A stretch of 64,000 nt of DNA, from IMG/VR virus record IMGVR_UViG_3300030104_004642, positions 1-64,000 of that record, one strand, 5' to 3'. The position numbers and the translations under genes are program-made. Source of the DNA: a virus. The notes under the pieces were generated by a model. It made no database searches. It saw nothing but the letters and a program-made list of their open reading frames with translations, and was not told the DNA's origin. This document shows, in pieces, positions 44,214 through 54,965 of the stretch (its first letter is position 1; each line of letters begins with the position of its first letter).

Positions 44214-45276
44214 CTGAATCAGTCATTACAAAGTCAGCATCAACCTTGTCATACAGTTCAAGGAAGGATGCTTTGGTCTCCTCATCAAAGCGATTGATGC
44301 AGACCTGAATTGCCTTCTCCTTATTATTAAAGATGCTGAAAGCATTGATGATATGAACCAGACGACGTGTGCTGATCACCTCCTCAATACCACCATCATA
44401 GAAGGTCTTGCGAATGATGTCAGCCCAGTCCACAAGGTGCTTACAGAAGGCACGATCCTCAACACCCTGATCCAGTGCTACACCCTCAAGGATCTTCTGC
44501 TCTGTGGCAGCAGAGGGATAGGACTGTTCAAAGGTTACTGGGAATCTTTCAAGGAAGGCTTCATTGAGCACATTAGTTCCAATGAATCTACCATCATCTG
44601 ATCCCTTTCCTTTAGTATTGGCGGTTGCGAATACTTGGAAACCCTTTGTGGGCGCAATGTACTGGCCAGTTTTCTTGAGGAAAATCCCTTTTCCTTCAAG
44701 AATAGATTGGAGGCAAAGAATTTTGTTTGAGGCGAGGTCAATCTCATCAAGGAGCAGGACTGCTCCACGTTGGAGGGCTTCAATGACTGGGCCATTGTGC
44801 CAGACGGTTTCACCATTAACAAGGCGGAAACCACCAATAAGATCATCCTCATCTGTTTCAATAGTGATATTGACACGAATCAGTTCCCTTTTGAGTTGTG
44901 AACAAGCTTGCTCAACACAGAGTGTTTTACCATTACCAGAAAGTCCTGTAATGAAAACAGGATAGAATAGATTGGACTTAATAATTTTCTTAACATCAGT
45001 AAAATTACCAAACTGGACAAAGGTATCATCTTTCTGGGGAATGAGATTTTGCTCAACAGCAGGCATTGCAGAGGGTGCATCATAAGACTGCTCAAGTTTC
45101 TCTTTGACAGTCAGGTTCCACTTACCACGACCAACCTTGAAGGTATCAAGTTTCTTGGTAACAGTCTGATAGGTGGTGCCATTCATAGCACACCAGGCAC
45201 GAACATCAGCAGCAACTACCTCTGATCCATAAAGACTTGTGAGTGATGAGACAACGTATTCAGTGGAGAGTGCCAT
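44191..45276 (-). CDS. cobS: CobS-like MoxR AAA+ ATPase
   Basis: GLSGNGKT, LLLDEID, ATANTKG, NEAFLERF, ISTRRL. Confidence 0.9.
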   Translation of the reverse strand: MALSTEYVVSSLTSLYGSEVVAADVRAWCAMNGTTYQTVTKKLDTFKVGRGKWNLTVKEKLEQSYDAPSAMPAVEQNLIPQKDDTFVQFGNFTDVKKIIKSNLFYPVFITGLSGNGKTLCVEQACSQLKRELIRVNITIETDEDDLIGGFRLVNGETVWHNGPVIEALQRGAVLLLDEIDLASNKILCLQSILEGKGIFLKKTGQYIAPTKGFQVFATANTKGKGSDDGRFIGTNVLNEAFLERFPVTFEQSYPSAATEQKILEGVALDQGVEDRAFCKHLVDWADIIRKTFYDGGIEEVISTRRLVHIINAFSIFNNKEKAIQVCINRFDEETKASFLELYDKVDADFVMTDSVDVISEV

Positions 45277-45330
45277 AGTGGTTTTGTTCAACAGGTTCAT
45301 TATAAAGGATTTTGGGGGGTCAAGGACCCC

Positions 45331-45495
45331 TTAGTGGACAGTTGTGGGAGTGGTTTCCTTGGTTTCTTCCTTGATGGTTACTGAATCAACTAACCCTACA
45401 TCCTTCTGCAATCTCAACTGTGTAGGGCAGGGTTCAGAATGAAATCCACCACCCTCAACCAAGGCCAGTAGTGGAAGCATTAGTAAGAAATTCAT
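45331..45495 (-). CDS. small hypothetical protein (54 aa)
   Basis: MNFLLMLPLLALVEGGGFHSEPCP..., ATGA overlap with the upstream gene. Confidence 0.4.
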   Translation of the reverse strand: MNFLLMLPLLALVEGGGFHSEPCPTQLRLQKDVGLVDSVTIKEETKETTPTTVH

Positions 45496-47597
45496 GCAAC
45501 CAACTCCATAAACTTACCAAGAACTTTCTTATTTAGTGATTTTGTCTTCAAATTTTTGATAAAGGCAGATTTGATTTTTGCTTTGGAAGCACCATCCTCC
45601 ACATTGAAATCAGTATCTTGATTAAGGGCGCCAGTTTGCATAGCAAAGTATGAGGTGTATCCAGAATTCTTGATGTCAAAATACTTGTCCTTCTTGATTC
45701 TCTTCAAATCATCCTCATTTAACCATTGATACTTACGAATGAAGTTGTTCATTTCTCTGGGAGGACAGAGGCGAATACCAATGAAGTTTGTATTGGAGAA
45801 GGTGTCTTTTAGATCCTGCAATAGAACCTCAGTAAAGGAATGATACTCATACCCAAACAGATAGGTAAACCCAGTTTTTCTGTTTCTGAGATAAGAAGAT
45901 CCACCACTGATGTGCTGAGCTCCTTGACCACCATAATAGTTCTCCCTACCAATCATCATACCATTTGCCTCACCATCAGTAAGGACAAAACAATGCACCT
46001 TTTGAAGATCATTGCTCTTCTTAAACTGAGGAATAATCTGCTTCAACATAATGAGTGCCTCATTCAGAGGTGTTCCAGAGAGAGAATACTGACGTGGATA
46101 GGAATAATTCACATACATTCTCATACCAAACACCATCCTGAAAACAGAAAGCATCTGTGCTTCAAGATCTTTCTTCTTAGCAGTGCTGCTCAGAATATTC
46201 ATCAATCCAAAGTCACCACTGATGATGAACTTATTCTCTTCCCAGACAGTTCTATCCCTGAAATTAGGATCAACACTATCAATGTAAGAGTTTGAAAAAG
46301 CATAGACATCAAATGGGATGTTGCACTTACTACAAAACCAGATGAGATTGTAGAGTTGTTTGATTGTTTCAAGGATACAGTTACCCATTGAACCAGACCA
46401 ATCAAGAATAAAGATCAGTCCATGATTTTTACCATCAGCAAGGGTGGTAATTTTTTTGAAAAGATCCTCATTGTACTTGTAAGTGTGGAGTTTGGAACAA
46501 TCAAGCACACCAGTCCTGGCAGTGGATGCACGTGCATAAGAATCTGCTGCCTTCTTACACTCAAACTCTTTCACAAGATAGTTGACTTCCTTCTGAGCAG
46601 ATTTCCTGAATTTTTGATACTCTGAATCCACATGACCAAATATATCCCTGCCACCACCTAACTCTTCAACTGTTTGAAGGTTGAGTTTTTCAGATTCTTG
46701 TAATTCTTTTTGAATCTTAGCAAAAGGAATGATAAAGTTTTTAACATCAAATTCAGGCATCTCATAGTAACCATTCTCATGACCATCAAGATTACCGTTG
46801 AACTCCTCAACACGTTCCTCAAAGGTTTGATCTGTCTGGACTTCTGGTTCTGTTCCAGGTGCCCCATCAGGCGTTTCATCTTGATTCTGGTTTTCACTTT
46901 TTGATTCATTTTGTTGTGCCTCAGGACTTTCATCTTCACTGTCACCAGAGGAAACTGGTGTGTTCTCAGGGAACTGTTGCTGTTCCTGTTGCTCACCACC
47001 ACCCTGACCACCAGATTTTGGTGGTTGAGGCATGGGTTGCTTCTGGGGTTCCTGGTTACCCTTACAATAGGCATAAAGGGTTTTTGCTGCCTCAACAGCC
47101 TCATCAAATGTTTCAGCATCACCAATCTGTTTGATGATGACCATCTCCTCCTCAGTAAAACTGATATTGATAAATCTACCAATCTTGAAGTATAGATTGG
47201 CACGATCTGCCAGGTTCATCTCATCAACATCTTGATCCTCAATACAGAAGAAATCTTGATCTGAAAGTTCCTTATAACCAGAATAAAATGTCTTGTGTAG
47301 ACCAGGATATTTACGTTTCATTAGTTTCTCAATGCGAGCATCCTCAGTCACATTGACAAACTGTTGGGGTACAACTTTTTCCCAACTCCAATCATTAGAG
47401 GTGAACAATGCGTGTCCAACCTCATGACCAACCAGCATATCATATACAGTGCTAGAAGCACGCTTCCACATTGGCAGGGTCAATACCCTTGTCTCAACAT
47501 TGAATTGTGCGGTTGAGACATTTTTGTTTTCAACAATCAAGTCCTCAGTGGCAAGCAATTTTGCCAGCTGGGATTTAACTTCATAGTTGACAGGCAT
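45492..47597 (-). CDS. metallopeptidase-like/VWA domain protein (CobT-like partner of CobS)
   Basis: HEVGH...EDARIE N-domain, acidic linker, MIDAS DWSGSM...GTPL...LTDGE. Confidence 0.85.
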   Translation of the reverse strand: MPVNYEVKSQLAKLLATEDLIVENKNVSTAQFNVETRVLTLPMWKRASSTVYDMLVGHEVGHALFTSNDWSWEKVVPQQFVNVTEDARIEKLMKRKYPGLHKTFYSGYKELSDQDFFCIEDQDVDEMNLADRANLYFKIGRFINISFTEEEMVIIKQIGDAETFDEAVEAAKTLYAYCKGNQEPQKQPMPQPPKSGGQGGGEQQEQQQFPENTPVSSGDSEDESPEAQQNESKSENQNQDETPDGAPGTEPEVQTDQTFEERVEEFNGNLDGHENGYYEMPEFDVKNFIIPFAKIQKELQESEKLNLQTVEELGGGRDIFGHVDSEYQKFRKSAQKEVNYLVKEFECKKAADSYARASTARTGVLDCSKLHTYKYNEDLFKKITTLADGKNHGLIFILDWSGSMGNCILETIKQLYNLIWFCSKCNIPFDVYAFSNSYIDSVDPNFRDRTVWEENKFIISGDFGLMNILSSTAKKKDLEAQMLSVFRMVFGMRMYVNYSYPRQYSLSGTPLNEALIMLKQIIPQFKKSNDLQKVHCFVLTDGEANGMMIGRENYYGGQGAQHISGGSSYLRNRKTGFTYLFGYEYHSFTEVLLQDLKDTFSNTNFIGIRLCPPREMNNFIRKYQWLNEDDLKRIKKDKYFDIKNSGYTSYFAMQTGALNQDTDFNVEDGASKAKIKSAFIKNLKTKSLNKKVLGKFMELVA

Positions 47598-47656
47598 TGG
47601 GTCTCTTGCTTATGTGAATAGTCTACACCCTCTGGCAGGTTTTGAAACCCCTTGCA

Positions 47657-47677
47657 ACCACTTTACAAACTGGCACA
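47657..47677 (-). promoter_or_regulatory. cyanomyovirus early-promoter-type upstream motif
   Basis: GTGCCAGTTTGTAAAGTGG on the minus strand; related elements at 45333-45353 and 15103-15122. Confidence 0.5.
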
Positions 47678-47757
47678 CGCACCAACCCCCCACACTTTTT
47701 TAAGGTGCAGGGGGTTTTGGTCTTGTACTCCAGGTTAAGTGTACCTAAGATTCATTA

Positions 47758-47946
47758 TTAGTCCTCTGTTAGGATGTGTCTACAAAATCTCCTGGCTTGA
47801 TGGTCTACTATACCACATTCTGAAATGCACTGGAAGTAATCGGAAACTTGGTTATTTTTGTCATCCAAATTGTTCTTTTCATCCCACTTCCAAGATGCTA
47901 ACTCATTGTGTGATATCAGGTTATGCATAATGACCTCCTCACTCAC
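47758..47946 (-). CDS. small Cys-containing protein
   Basis: MHNLISHNELASW...DYFQCISEC...C; CTAAATA promoter at ~47952. Confidence 0.6.
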   Translation of the reverse strand: MSEEVIMHNLISHNELASWKWDEKNNLDDKNNQVSDYFQCISECGIVDHQARRFCRHILTED

Positions 47947-47968
47947 TCTACTATTTAGTCTTCGTATG

Positions 47969-48106
47969 CTAACTTAATGACTTTTCAGTTACATTTAACT
48001 TTGTCTTTAAGAATTTTAATGCTTCTTTACGTTGCCTCAGTTTGACTGGTTTCAGATGAATTTTCTGATCCTTTTTTGAGTGATGTTGCCAGTTTGGAAT
48101 ATTCAT
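47969..48106 (-). CDS. small basic protein (45 aa)
   Basis: MNIPNWQHHSKKDQKIHLKPVKLRQRK..., manual translation. Confidence 0.55.
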   Translation of the reverse strand: MNIPNWQHHSKKDQKIHLKPVKLRQRKEALKFLKTKLNVTEKSLS

Positions 48107-48206
48107 TGAGATACCTATCAGATGCTGGGTCAGTGATTAGAGTCATGTTCTGTCTGAACTGATTGCCCATGTCAACAGGGCGCCTAACAAACTTACCGTA
48201 GGTCAT
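48027..48206 (-). CDS. small hypothetical protein (59 aa)
   Basis: MTYGKFVRRPVDMG...TLITDPASDRYL; ATGA overlap with gp46 stop. Confidence 0.45.
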   Translation of the reverse strand: MTYGKFVRRPVDMGNQFRQNMTLITDPASDRYLNEYSKLATSLKKGSENSSETSQTEAT

Positions 48207-49915
48207 GGTTCTATCCTTGAAAAATTACCTTGCTTCTCAAATTTTACCACATTGTCAAACTTGTCTTCAAGCCCCTCCTTGTGAGAGATGACAAAGATGT
48301 TAGCATCTTTAATTACAAACCTAATGATCTTAAGGAACTCCTCTGTACCAAAACCATCAAGGGATGAGTCAAAAACCTCATCCATGATAAGGAGATTGGT
48401 ATTGACAGAGTTCTTCATTCTTGCCACCTCCCTCCAGGTGAAGAGAAGTGCAAGGTCAATTCTCATCTTCTCTCCCTCAGAGAAAGAAGCATAAGAGAAG
48501 TCCTCATGAATGGGAGACTCAATTGTCTCTGTAAACTCCTCATCAAGTTTAAAGTTGATGTAGAAGTCCATCATTTGAAGATACTTATTTGCCTGTTGAT
48601 TGATGATGGGCAGATACTTCTTGATAATCTGACTCTTTACACCACCATCTTTGAGGAGGTTGTAGGTAAAATCAAGGTAAGTAATCTTCTCTTTCTTCTC
48701 ACTTATATTCTCAAAGGTGTCTTGAAGACTGGTTCTGAACTCTTCTAATTTTTCATGTTCAGAATTTCTGTTTGCAATTTGACTGGTAATAGTTTGAATT
48801 TCTTGTTCAAGTCTGCTGATTTGTCTTTGACACCCATTGATTTGAGAATTGTTGTTAGAAATGCCATTAAGAAGTTTACTTAAATCTCCTGATAATTGTT
48901 TAAATTGTGACTCTTTTTCCTGTTCTTTTTGAATTGCATCTTGGAGTTTTTGATACCCCTCAGATAATTCCTCTTCTTTATTTTTGATGTCACTAATTCT
49001 ATTTAATCTAAATCTCTCTTCAATATCCTGAGAGCAGGTAGGGCAAACAGTATTTTTTTCAAAGAACTGATGATCTTTAAGGCAATTGCCAATCTTCATT
49101 GTCAACTTACCCTCAAAGGCAAGAAATTCTTTCAGTCTTTTTGAAGCATTATTATATTCTGTCAGTTGAAGTTGAACTTGTTTTGTCTCAATATCCAAAT
49201 CATCATTCTTCTTGACATAACCAGATATCTCCTCCATCAGGTTAGTAACAGCGTTATTCTTTCTATCCACATCCCCCTTACTCTGTTCCTCTATCTGTTT
49301 GATAAAGTCTCTCTGCATATCAACCTTATCTTTCAAACTCTCTTTCTTCAATTCAAGTGTTCTGACCTCATCCCTAACAACACGAGTTCTTGATTTCACA
49401 ATCTCATTCATTGAGGAAAAGATCTTGATATCCAATAGATCCTCAACAACCTCCCTCCTACTATTGGTAGGAAGTTGCATAAAGGGAACAAAGGAACTAC
49501 TACCCAGGATCACAATCTGGGTGAATGATTTGTAGTTCATCTTCAAGACATTTTGCTCTAACCACTTCTGCTGATCAATGGCAGATGCACTCTGATCAAG
49601 TTCCTTTCCATCCCTATAAATCTTAAAGATATTGGGTTTAATACCCCTCTCTACCCTCCACTCAACACTATTACAGGTGAATACAATATCCACCAGACAA
49701 TTCTTCTCATTGGTTGTATTGATGAGTTGTCCCTTGTTAATCTTCCTGAATGATTTTCCATACAGGGAGAATGTCAGGGCATCAAGGATTGTTGACTTAC
49801 CAGCACCATTTGATCCAATGATCAATGTTGTTGAGTCACTATCAAGACTTACAGTTGTGGGGTGATTACCAGTTGATAAAAAATTCTTCCAGGTAATTGT
49901 TTTAAAAGTTATCAT
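48203..49915 (-). CDS. gp46: recombination endonuclease subunit (Rad50-like)
   Basis: KNFLSTGN, GSNGAGKST, CPTC hook, FSEGEK, LIMDEVFD, VISH. Confidence 0.96.
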   Translation of the reverse strand: MITFKTITWKNFLSTGNHPTTVSLDSDSTTLIIGSNGAGKSTILDALTFSLYGKSFRKINKGQLINTTNEKNCLVDIVFTCNSVEWRVERGIKPNIFKIYRDGKELDQSASAIDQQKWLEQNVLKMNYKSFTQIVILGSSSFVPFMQLPTNSRREVVEDLLDIKIFSSMNEIVKSRTRVVRDEVRTLELKKESLKDKVDMQRDFIKQIEEQSKGDVDRKNNAVTNLMEEISGYVKKNDDLDIETKQVQLQLTEYNNASKRLKEFLAFEGKLTMKIGNCLKDHQFFEKNTVCPTCSQDIEERFRLNRISDIKNKEEELSEGYQKLQDAIQKEQEKESQFKQLSGDLSKLLNGISNNNSQINGCQRQISRLEQEIQTITSQIANRNSEHEKLEEFRTSLQDTFENISEKKEKITYLDFTYNLLKDGGVKSQIIKKYLPIINQQANKYLQMMDFYINFKLDEEFTETIESPIHEDFSYASFSEGEKMRIDLALLFTWREVARMKNSVNTNLLIMDEVFDSSLDGFGTEEFLKIIRFVIKDANIFVISHKEGLEDKFDNVVKFEKQGNFSRIEP

Positions 49916-50174
49916 CAGATTTATCAGGTGGAATCACAATGTCATTTTTTGATATAATAGCATACCTGTGACCATGTGTCTCACAGGTATGAATCATTAG
50001 GTCACTCTCAATTTCAATTACATGCATGGTTGGATACTCAAGTTCTTCCAATTGCATGGAATATCTTATAGCATCATCCTGTTCCTCAAAGATGTAAAGG
50101 ACCTGTTCTCCCTCATCATCTACAACAGAATATGCTCCTTCTTTTTCTCTCCCTTCTACTGTAATAATAAACAT
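49902..50174 (-). CDS. conserved hypothetical protein
   Basis: 90 aa ORF between gp47 and gp46. Confidence 0.75.
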   Translation of the reverse strand: MFIITVEGREKEGAYSVVDDEGEQVLYIFEEQDDAIRYSMQLEELEYPTMHVIEIESDLMIHTCETHGHRYAIISKNDIVIPPDKSDDNF

Positions 50175-51223
50175 CAGACTAGCTCACAAGCTTCCTCATA
50201 GACACTCATGATCAGAGATTTTACCTGTGATTTATCCAGGGCAAACTCTGCTTCTTCAATATATCTATTCAAGATGGAGAAGGTATCTTCTGTCTCTACA
50301 TCCTCATTTTGATCAACCCATCCATTATTGAAATCATAGTTCTCAATAATTTTAAGGTCTGCCACTTTGGCATCATAGAGTTTATCAATAAACTTCTCAA
50401 AGGAAGCAGCATCTGATTTAGATTTTACAATTACCTTGATAATCTTATTATGATAGGGGGTTGCATCAAACATCTGATGAGGGGTATCCTCATAATAGAT
50501 GTTATGAAACAGGTGATATGGGTTATCAACATACTCAAAACTCATATCATCAGTTTCCATGAAGACAAATCCCCTGGTGTCATTCACATCATTCCAGAAC
50601 ATTTCATAGGGATTTCCCAGATAGTAAATCTTACCATCATCAGATCTTGTATGATAGTGACCAGAGAATACCTTCTTGAACTTCTGATATTGATTTGTTT
50701 CAGCACCATGATCCATCACACATCCCCTATGTGCCCTGAATCCATTCAGTTCAAGGTGACCCATAGCATAATCACAGGTTGATTCTGCAATAATCCTTGA
50801 TGTCTCTTCCCTATTCTCATCATTGATCCAGGGGATGAATAGGATGGGTGTCTTATCAATGGTGACCTCAGTTGCTACTGAGGAGTATGTGAATACATTA
50901 TCATACTCATTCAATAGCAGGTCATTAGAGTTGATATCATTGGTATTCTTGTAATAGGCATCATGATTACCACACATCAGGTGCATGGTAATACCCATCT
51001 CTTTCAGGGGATTGAAGAATACCCTCTTTGCCCATTCCAGGGATTTAAAATCAATACCCTTACGAACATCAAAGGCATCACCCATGTGAATCACAGTGGT
51101 GATACCTTCCTCTTTTAGTGATGGAAAGAAGATGTCCTCAAAGAACTTTTCAAAGTAGTCATGAAACAACTTGGAACCTTTTCTTGCTCCAAAGTGTGTA
51201 TCAGTAATAACTGCTACTCGCAT
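50174..51223 (-). CDS. gp47: recombination endonuclease subunit (Mre11-like)
   Basis: TDTHFG, GDAFD, GNHD, GHLE, SGHYH. Confidence 0.96.
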   Translation of the reverse strand: MRVAVITDTHFGARKGSKLFHDYFEKFFEDIFFPSLKEEGITTVIHMGDAFDVRKGIDFKSLEWAKRVFFNPLKEMGITMHLMCGNHDAYYKNTNDINSNDLLLNEYDNVFTYSSVATEVTIDKTPILFIPWINDENREETSRIIAESTCDYAMGHLELNGFRAHRGCVMDHGAETNQYQKFKKVFSGHYHTRSDDGKIYYLGNPYEMFWNDVNDTRGFVFMETDDMSFEYVDNPYHLFHNIYYEDTPHQMFDATPYHNKIIKVIVKSKSDAASFEKFIDKLYDAKVADLKIIENYDFNNGWVDQNEDVETEDTFSILNRYIEEAEFALDKSQVKSLIMSVYEEACELV

Positions 51224-51729
51224 CAGCTCCTCAACTTGCTATGGACAGCATCCTTGATAGAATTGTACTCGCTATAGTTGGTGCTGTCAAGGTCATTGGA
51301 ATCAAAGACCTCATCAAAGTTGGTTTTCTCCAGAATCTTGTTCTTGATTTCCAGTTGCTTCTTCTCCTGCTGGATCCTTCTCAGGAATGCGTAGTAAATG
51401 ATTTGGGTGAAATAGGCAAATGGATTCTTGGATTTCTCTGGATTAAAGTTATGGATATATCTTACACAGTTCTCAATACCATCACAGATCATATCATCCT
51501 TAAACATGTAGTTCACAAAGTTAGGCTTATATGATAGGTGGTTAGCAATCTTCAGGAAGCACTCACCAATATATCTGGGGATCTGTGGTTTAGGATTACC
51601 CCTCTCCTTTGCCCTTGCAACATCAATAGCATACTGTTCAAGGGCTGCTAAGAAGTCCTTATTGTTTACATAGTGTTCTGACTTCTTAGGTCTTGGCATA
51701 GTCGTATAAGAGAAGGGCATAATAATCAT
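51223..51729 (-). CDS. gp55: late transcription sigma factor
   Basis: HYVNNKDFL, NFVNYMF..DMI.DGIEN, NPFAYFTQI.YYAFLRRI. Confidence 0.95.
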   Translation of the reverse strand: MIIMPFSYTTMPRPKKSEHYVNNKDFLAALEQYAIDVARAKERGNPKPQIPRYIGECFLKIANHLSYKPNFVNYMFKDDMICDGIENCVRYIHNFNPEKSKNPFAYFTQIIYYAFLRRIQQEKKQLEIKNKILEKTNFDEVFDSNDLDSTNYSEYNSIKDAVHSKLRS

Positions 51730-51744
51730 TTATCTACTGGAATT

Positions 51745-51773
51745 ATTATAACAGGAAAACAAAACGTTGACAA
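51745..51773 (-). promoter_or_regulatory. sigma70-type promoter of gp55
   Basis: TTGTCA-17 nt-TATAAT. Confidence 0.65.
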
Positions 51774-51822
51774 CTATACACTTTACCAGTAGACTAGGTT
51801 TGTTGCCTTTGAAGGATCAGCC

Positions 51823-52209
51823 TTAGCTAGATTTATAGAGTTTCTCTAAGACCTCCTTAGCATCCTGAACAGATGAAAGATATCCCATCTTCCTATCTAT
51901 CTGAGCATGATTACCCTTATGCATCTTTCTGATGTAATCCTGATAATAAAGGATCATCTCAATATCCTCTGATTCAGACATTGTAAGAACATCATCCATA
52001 TTGACCATAAACATATCATCCTTACTTGACTTAAGCCAGGGTTCAAACTTATGTCCTACAACTGTTCCCCTAACCTTAACCTCCTCTACAACAATAGGGT
52101 TAGAGATTAAAAGCATGGTCCTATCATCATCCACATCTGCTGCTACCTTGGCAAAGATCTCATCCCCACCCTTAAACTTGATTGTACAATAGAAATCATC
52201 TTCCAGCAT
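51823..52209 (-). CDS. conserved hypothetical protein
   Basis: 128 aa ORF between uvsW and gp55. Confidence 0.75.
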   Translation of the reverse strand: MLEDDFYCTIKFKGGDEIFAKVAADVDDDRTMLLISNPIVVEEVKVRGTVVGHKFEPWLKSSKDDMFMVNMDDVLTMSESEDIEMILYYQDYIRKMHKGNHAQIDRKMGYLSSVQDAKEVLEKLYKSS

Positions 52210-52218
52210 ACACTCCTC

Positions 52219-53682
52219 CTACTCTTTTATGTTGATTGATATGATGTCATAATTGAATTGCTCTTGAACATAAATCTTCACCCTCTCAATGAAATGATTC
52301 AGTGTATAATTCTTTCTTGATCCTAAGGTAAGATCATCAGCAATATCATATAGTTTTGCTTTCACCTTGTTTTTGCCTTTTCTAAGGACTCTACCAATGC
52401 TCTGTAAATTCCTAATACGAGACTTTGATGGAGAGGCAAAGATTACATTGTGTAGATTTTTAATATTAATTCCTGTACTGAATGTTCCATAAGAGGCAAC
52501 AATGATTGCATCATTCTGTTGCTCTGTGATTTCCCTTACCTGTTCCCTGTCTTCAGCATCTACACCGCCATGAACAAAGAAGACTTGTCTCCCTTCCCTG
52601 ACCTTGTTATTTATCATTTCGTAAAGTATGGCACCATGTGCCTCAACCCTACTGAATAGGATAAGACTGTTACCCTTCAGATCAACAGCAAGGTTGGTGA
52701 TGAACCTGTTCCTTTTTTCATTACCAATCAGGAATTGAATCTCATCCTCATAGGTATCAAACTTCTTAGGTTTGTATTTTAGAACAAGGCATTGGATATC
52801 CAGTGTTGCAAGGTGACCCTCATCAATTAGTTTCTTGGTTTGGGTTACCTTGTATGATGGTCCAAACAATCCCTCTAAGACCCATTTATGGGTCTGTGTG
52901 CCATCTAAAGTACCTGTAAACCCATATCTATACTTTGCATGGTGTAACTTGTCCATGATACAGATGAGGGACTTACTCTTAAAAAGGTGCGCCTCATCAC
53001 CAATGATGACATCATACTCCTCAAAGAATGACCTATCCAGTTGATAAACAGATTGCCAGGTGGTGATGGTCACCTCATTGGTATTGACCCTCTCCCTGCC
53101 AGCATAGATCCTGTGACAGTGATTCTCAGCATCCCAACCATAATCCTGAAAATCCTTAAACATCTGCTCCACAAGTGATGTGGTTGGAACCACAAGTAGG
53201 ATCTTCCTACCAGCATTCACATGGAACCTGACAATGGTGTAAATCATGAATGACTTACCAGATGCTGTTGGTGAGATCAACAACTTCCTGTTATATCTCA
53301 GGGCATCATGAACAGCATCAATCTGATAGTCCCTTGGTTTTATTGGTGTGATTGCTTTCATAAAGTCCTTCACACCCTCCTCTGAGATCATCTCATTGAC
53401 CTCAAATGGTGGACCATAGAACTTATTGTCCACAAACTCATAGGTGTATCCTGATGTCTCACAGAACGCAACAACCTTATCAAGAAGACCCACATAGATC
53501 CTCTTGGTCTTCATGTTGAATAGATGTACATATCCATCCCAATACTTACTCCTGTATTGGGGCATGAATTTCTTATTTGGTACTTCAAAAGTGAATCTAT
53601 CCCTTAACTCATATTCAATATGAGGTTCAGTTTTAACTTGCAGATAGACCTCGTTAATCTTCTGAATACTCAGATCTGCCAT
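52219..53682 (-). CDS. uvsW: SF2 RNA-DNA/DNA helicase
   Basis: PRDYQ, SPTASGKS, DEAH, TGT, QSIGRVLR. Confidence 0.96.
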   Translation of the reverse strand: MADLSIQKINEVYLQVKTEPHIEYELRDRFTFEVPNKKFMPQYRSKYWDGYVHLFNMKTKRIYVGLLDKVVAFCETSGYTYEFVDNKFYGPPFEVNEMISEEGVKDFMKAITPIKPRDYQIDAVHDALRYNRKLLISPTASGKSFMIYTIVRFHVNAGRKILLVVPTTSLVEQMFKDFQDYGWDAENHCHRIYAGRERVNTNEVTITTWQSVYQLDRSFFEEYDVIIGDEAHLFKSKSLICIMDKLHHAKYRYGFTGTLDGTQTHKWVLEGLFGPSYKVTQTKKLIDEGHLATLDIQCLVLKYKPKKFDTYEDEIQFLIGNEKRNRFITNLAVDLKGNSLILFSRVEAHGAILYEMINNKVREGRQVFFVHGGVDAEDREQVREITEQQNDAIIVASYGTFSTGINIKNLHNVIFASPSKSRIRNLQSIGRVLRKGKNKVKAKLYDIADDLTLGSRKNYTLNHFIERVKIYVQEQFNYDIISINIKE

Positions 53683-53708
53683 AATGAAATCTCACCTGGC
53701 ACTATTTA

Positions 53709-53912
53709 TTACATGGTATTGAAGGTGTGCTCTAATAATATTTTCTTTGTCCAATCCCTTGCCTGCCAAAGATACTCCTGTTCTTCTGTTGGTCTAGCAG
53801 GTGCTCCTGGCCAGTTTTTAATTGCTTCACTTATTGCATAATGTAGTACCCTTACATCATTTATTCCAAGTGTAACATCATAAAAAATGTCCTGGTGCTC
53901 TTCTGAGTTCAT
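53709..53912 (-). CDS. hypothetical protein
   Basis: 67 aa ORF with WPG.P.RP.EEQE. Confidence 0.6.
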   Translation of the reverse strand: MNSEEHQDIFYDVTLGINDVRVLHYAISEAIKNWPGAPARPTEEQEYLWQARDWTKKILLEHTFNTM

Positions 53913-54343
53913 CCTATTCCTGAGGTGAAACGTAAAAATTCTATTGAGTTTTTAATTTGATATGTTCTATTAGTTATCTGTTTAAGTATTTCTTCCAAAT
54001 ACCTTAACATAGTTTCATAGTAGTCAATCTTTAGCGAAACTCCTGAGAGTTTCTCATCTGCATCCAAATATTTTTGCATAGTTTCCTTATCCCTAATTTT
54101 TTTAGGAAAGGGATTCTCAACATATACTTCTGGTTCAGCTTTACCAGAAAAATATTCATAGCGTTCGTGTCTGATGTTTTTTCTCTGTTGTTCTGCTTTC
54201 TTTCTCAGCAGATAAATGTTATTATATATCTCATAATATTTAGAGTGTAGAACTGGAATATTCAGGGACTCAGTATGAAGATTATCTGGGTCCATCTTTG
54301 CATCCCTTTCCCACATCTCTTGAATCTTATCAAGAGTGATCAT
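53909..54343 (-). CDS. uvsY: recombination mediator
   Basis: W..D...D..NL..ESL.IP.LHSKY, RTYQIKN.IEF.RF..G. Confidence 0.9.
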   Translation of the reverse strand: MITLDKIQEMWERDAKMDPDNLHTESLNIPVLHSKYYEIYNNIYLLRKKAEQQRKNIRHERYEYFSGKAEPEVYVENPFPKKIRDKETMQKYLDADEKLSGVSLKIDYYETMLRYLEEILKQITNRTYQIKNSIEFLRFTSGIG

Positions 54344-54936
54344 ACAAATCCACTTCCCTTAACAATAGTATAATTCAAATACTTAAATGAAACCTGAGCA
54401 GTAAAGTATTCTGTATCCTGCATTGTAGCATCAAATTGAATGGTTGACAAGGAAAATGGGAACATATCCTGAAACTTCACCTTGAAATTTTCATTCTGCA
54501 TGGCATCAAGGATAGTCAATGTTCCATCTGAAAAGAGGTTCATTGTTCCACTATTATCCCTTACTGTACCAACCTTCTCATCCTGAAACTCGTATATTTC
54601 TTCAAGACTCTCAGGAAAACCTATACCCCTGATCCAATTCTGAATTTCAATATAGTTTTGAAGTTCTTCATCAACAAGAAAATTAAGTGTAAGATCCTCA
54701 AAATCAATAATCTCACCAGGCACAGGAATATCCCTCAATCCAGCGGTTGGTTGAATTGTGGTTCTCAAAGTCATACCAGGTATATTCACAGCATTTCCAA
54801 AGAATGATACCTTTGGTGCCCTTGCTATTGAAAATCTAAACCCTTGTGGTTGTAAAAAGTTTCTATTTTGAATAGGGGGTACACCAACAACTGCTGGTGT
54901 GCTCTGGGTTGCTTGTCTTGTCCTTACATCAGCCAT
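54340..54936 (-). CDS. gp3: tail completion / sheath stabilizer
   Basis: NFLQPQGFRF, NIPG, PGE, FLVDE.LQNY.EI.NW, F.D.FP..LS. Confidence 0.85.
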   Translation of the reverse strand: MADVRTRQATQSTPAVVGVPPIQNRNFLQPQGFRFSIARAPKVSFFGNAVNIPGMTLRTTIQPTAGLRDIPVPGEIIDFEDLTLNFLVDEELQNYIEIQNWIRGIGFPESLEEIYEFQDEKVGTVRDNSGTMNLFSDGTLTILDAMQNENFKVKFQDMFPFSLSTIQFDATMQDTEYFTAQVSFKYLNYTIVKGSGFV

Positions 54937-54965
54937 TATGTTTTTTGATTATTTATCCTCATAAC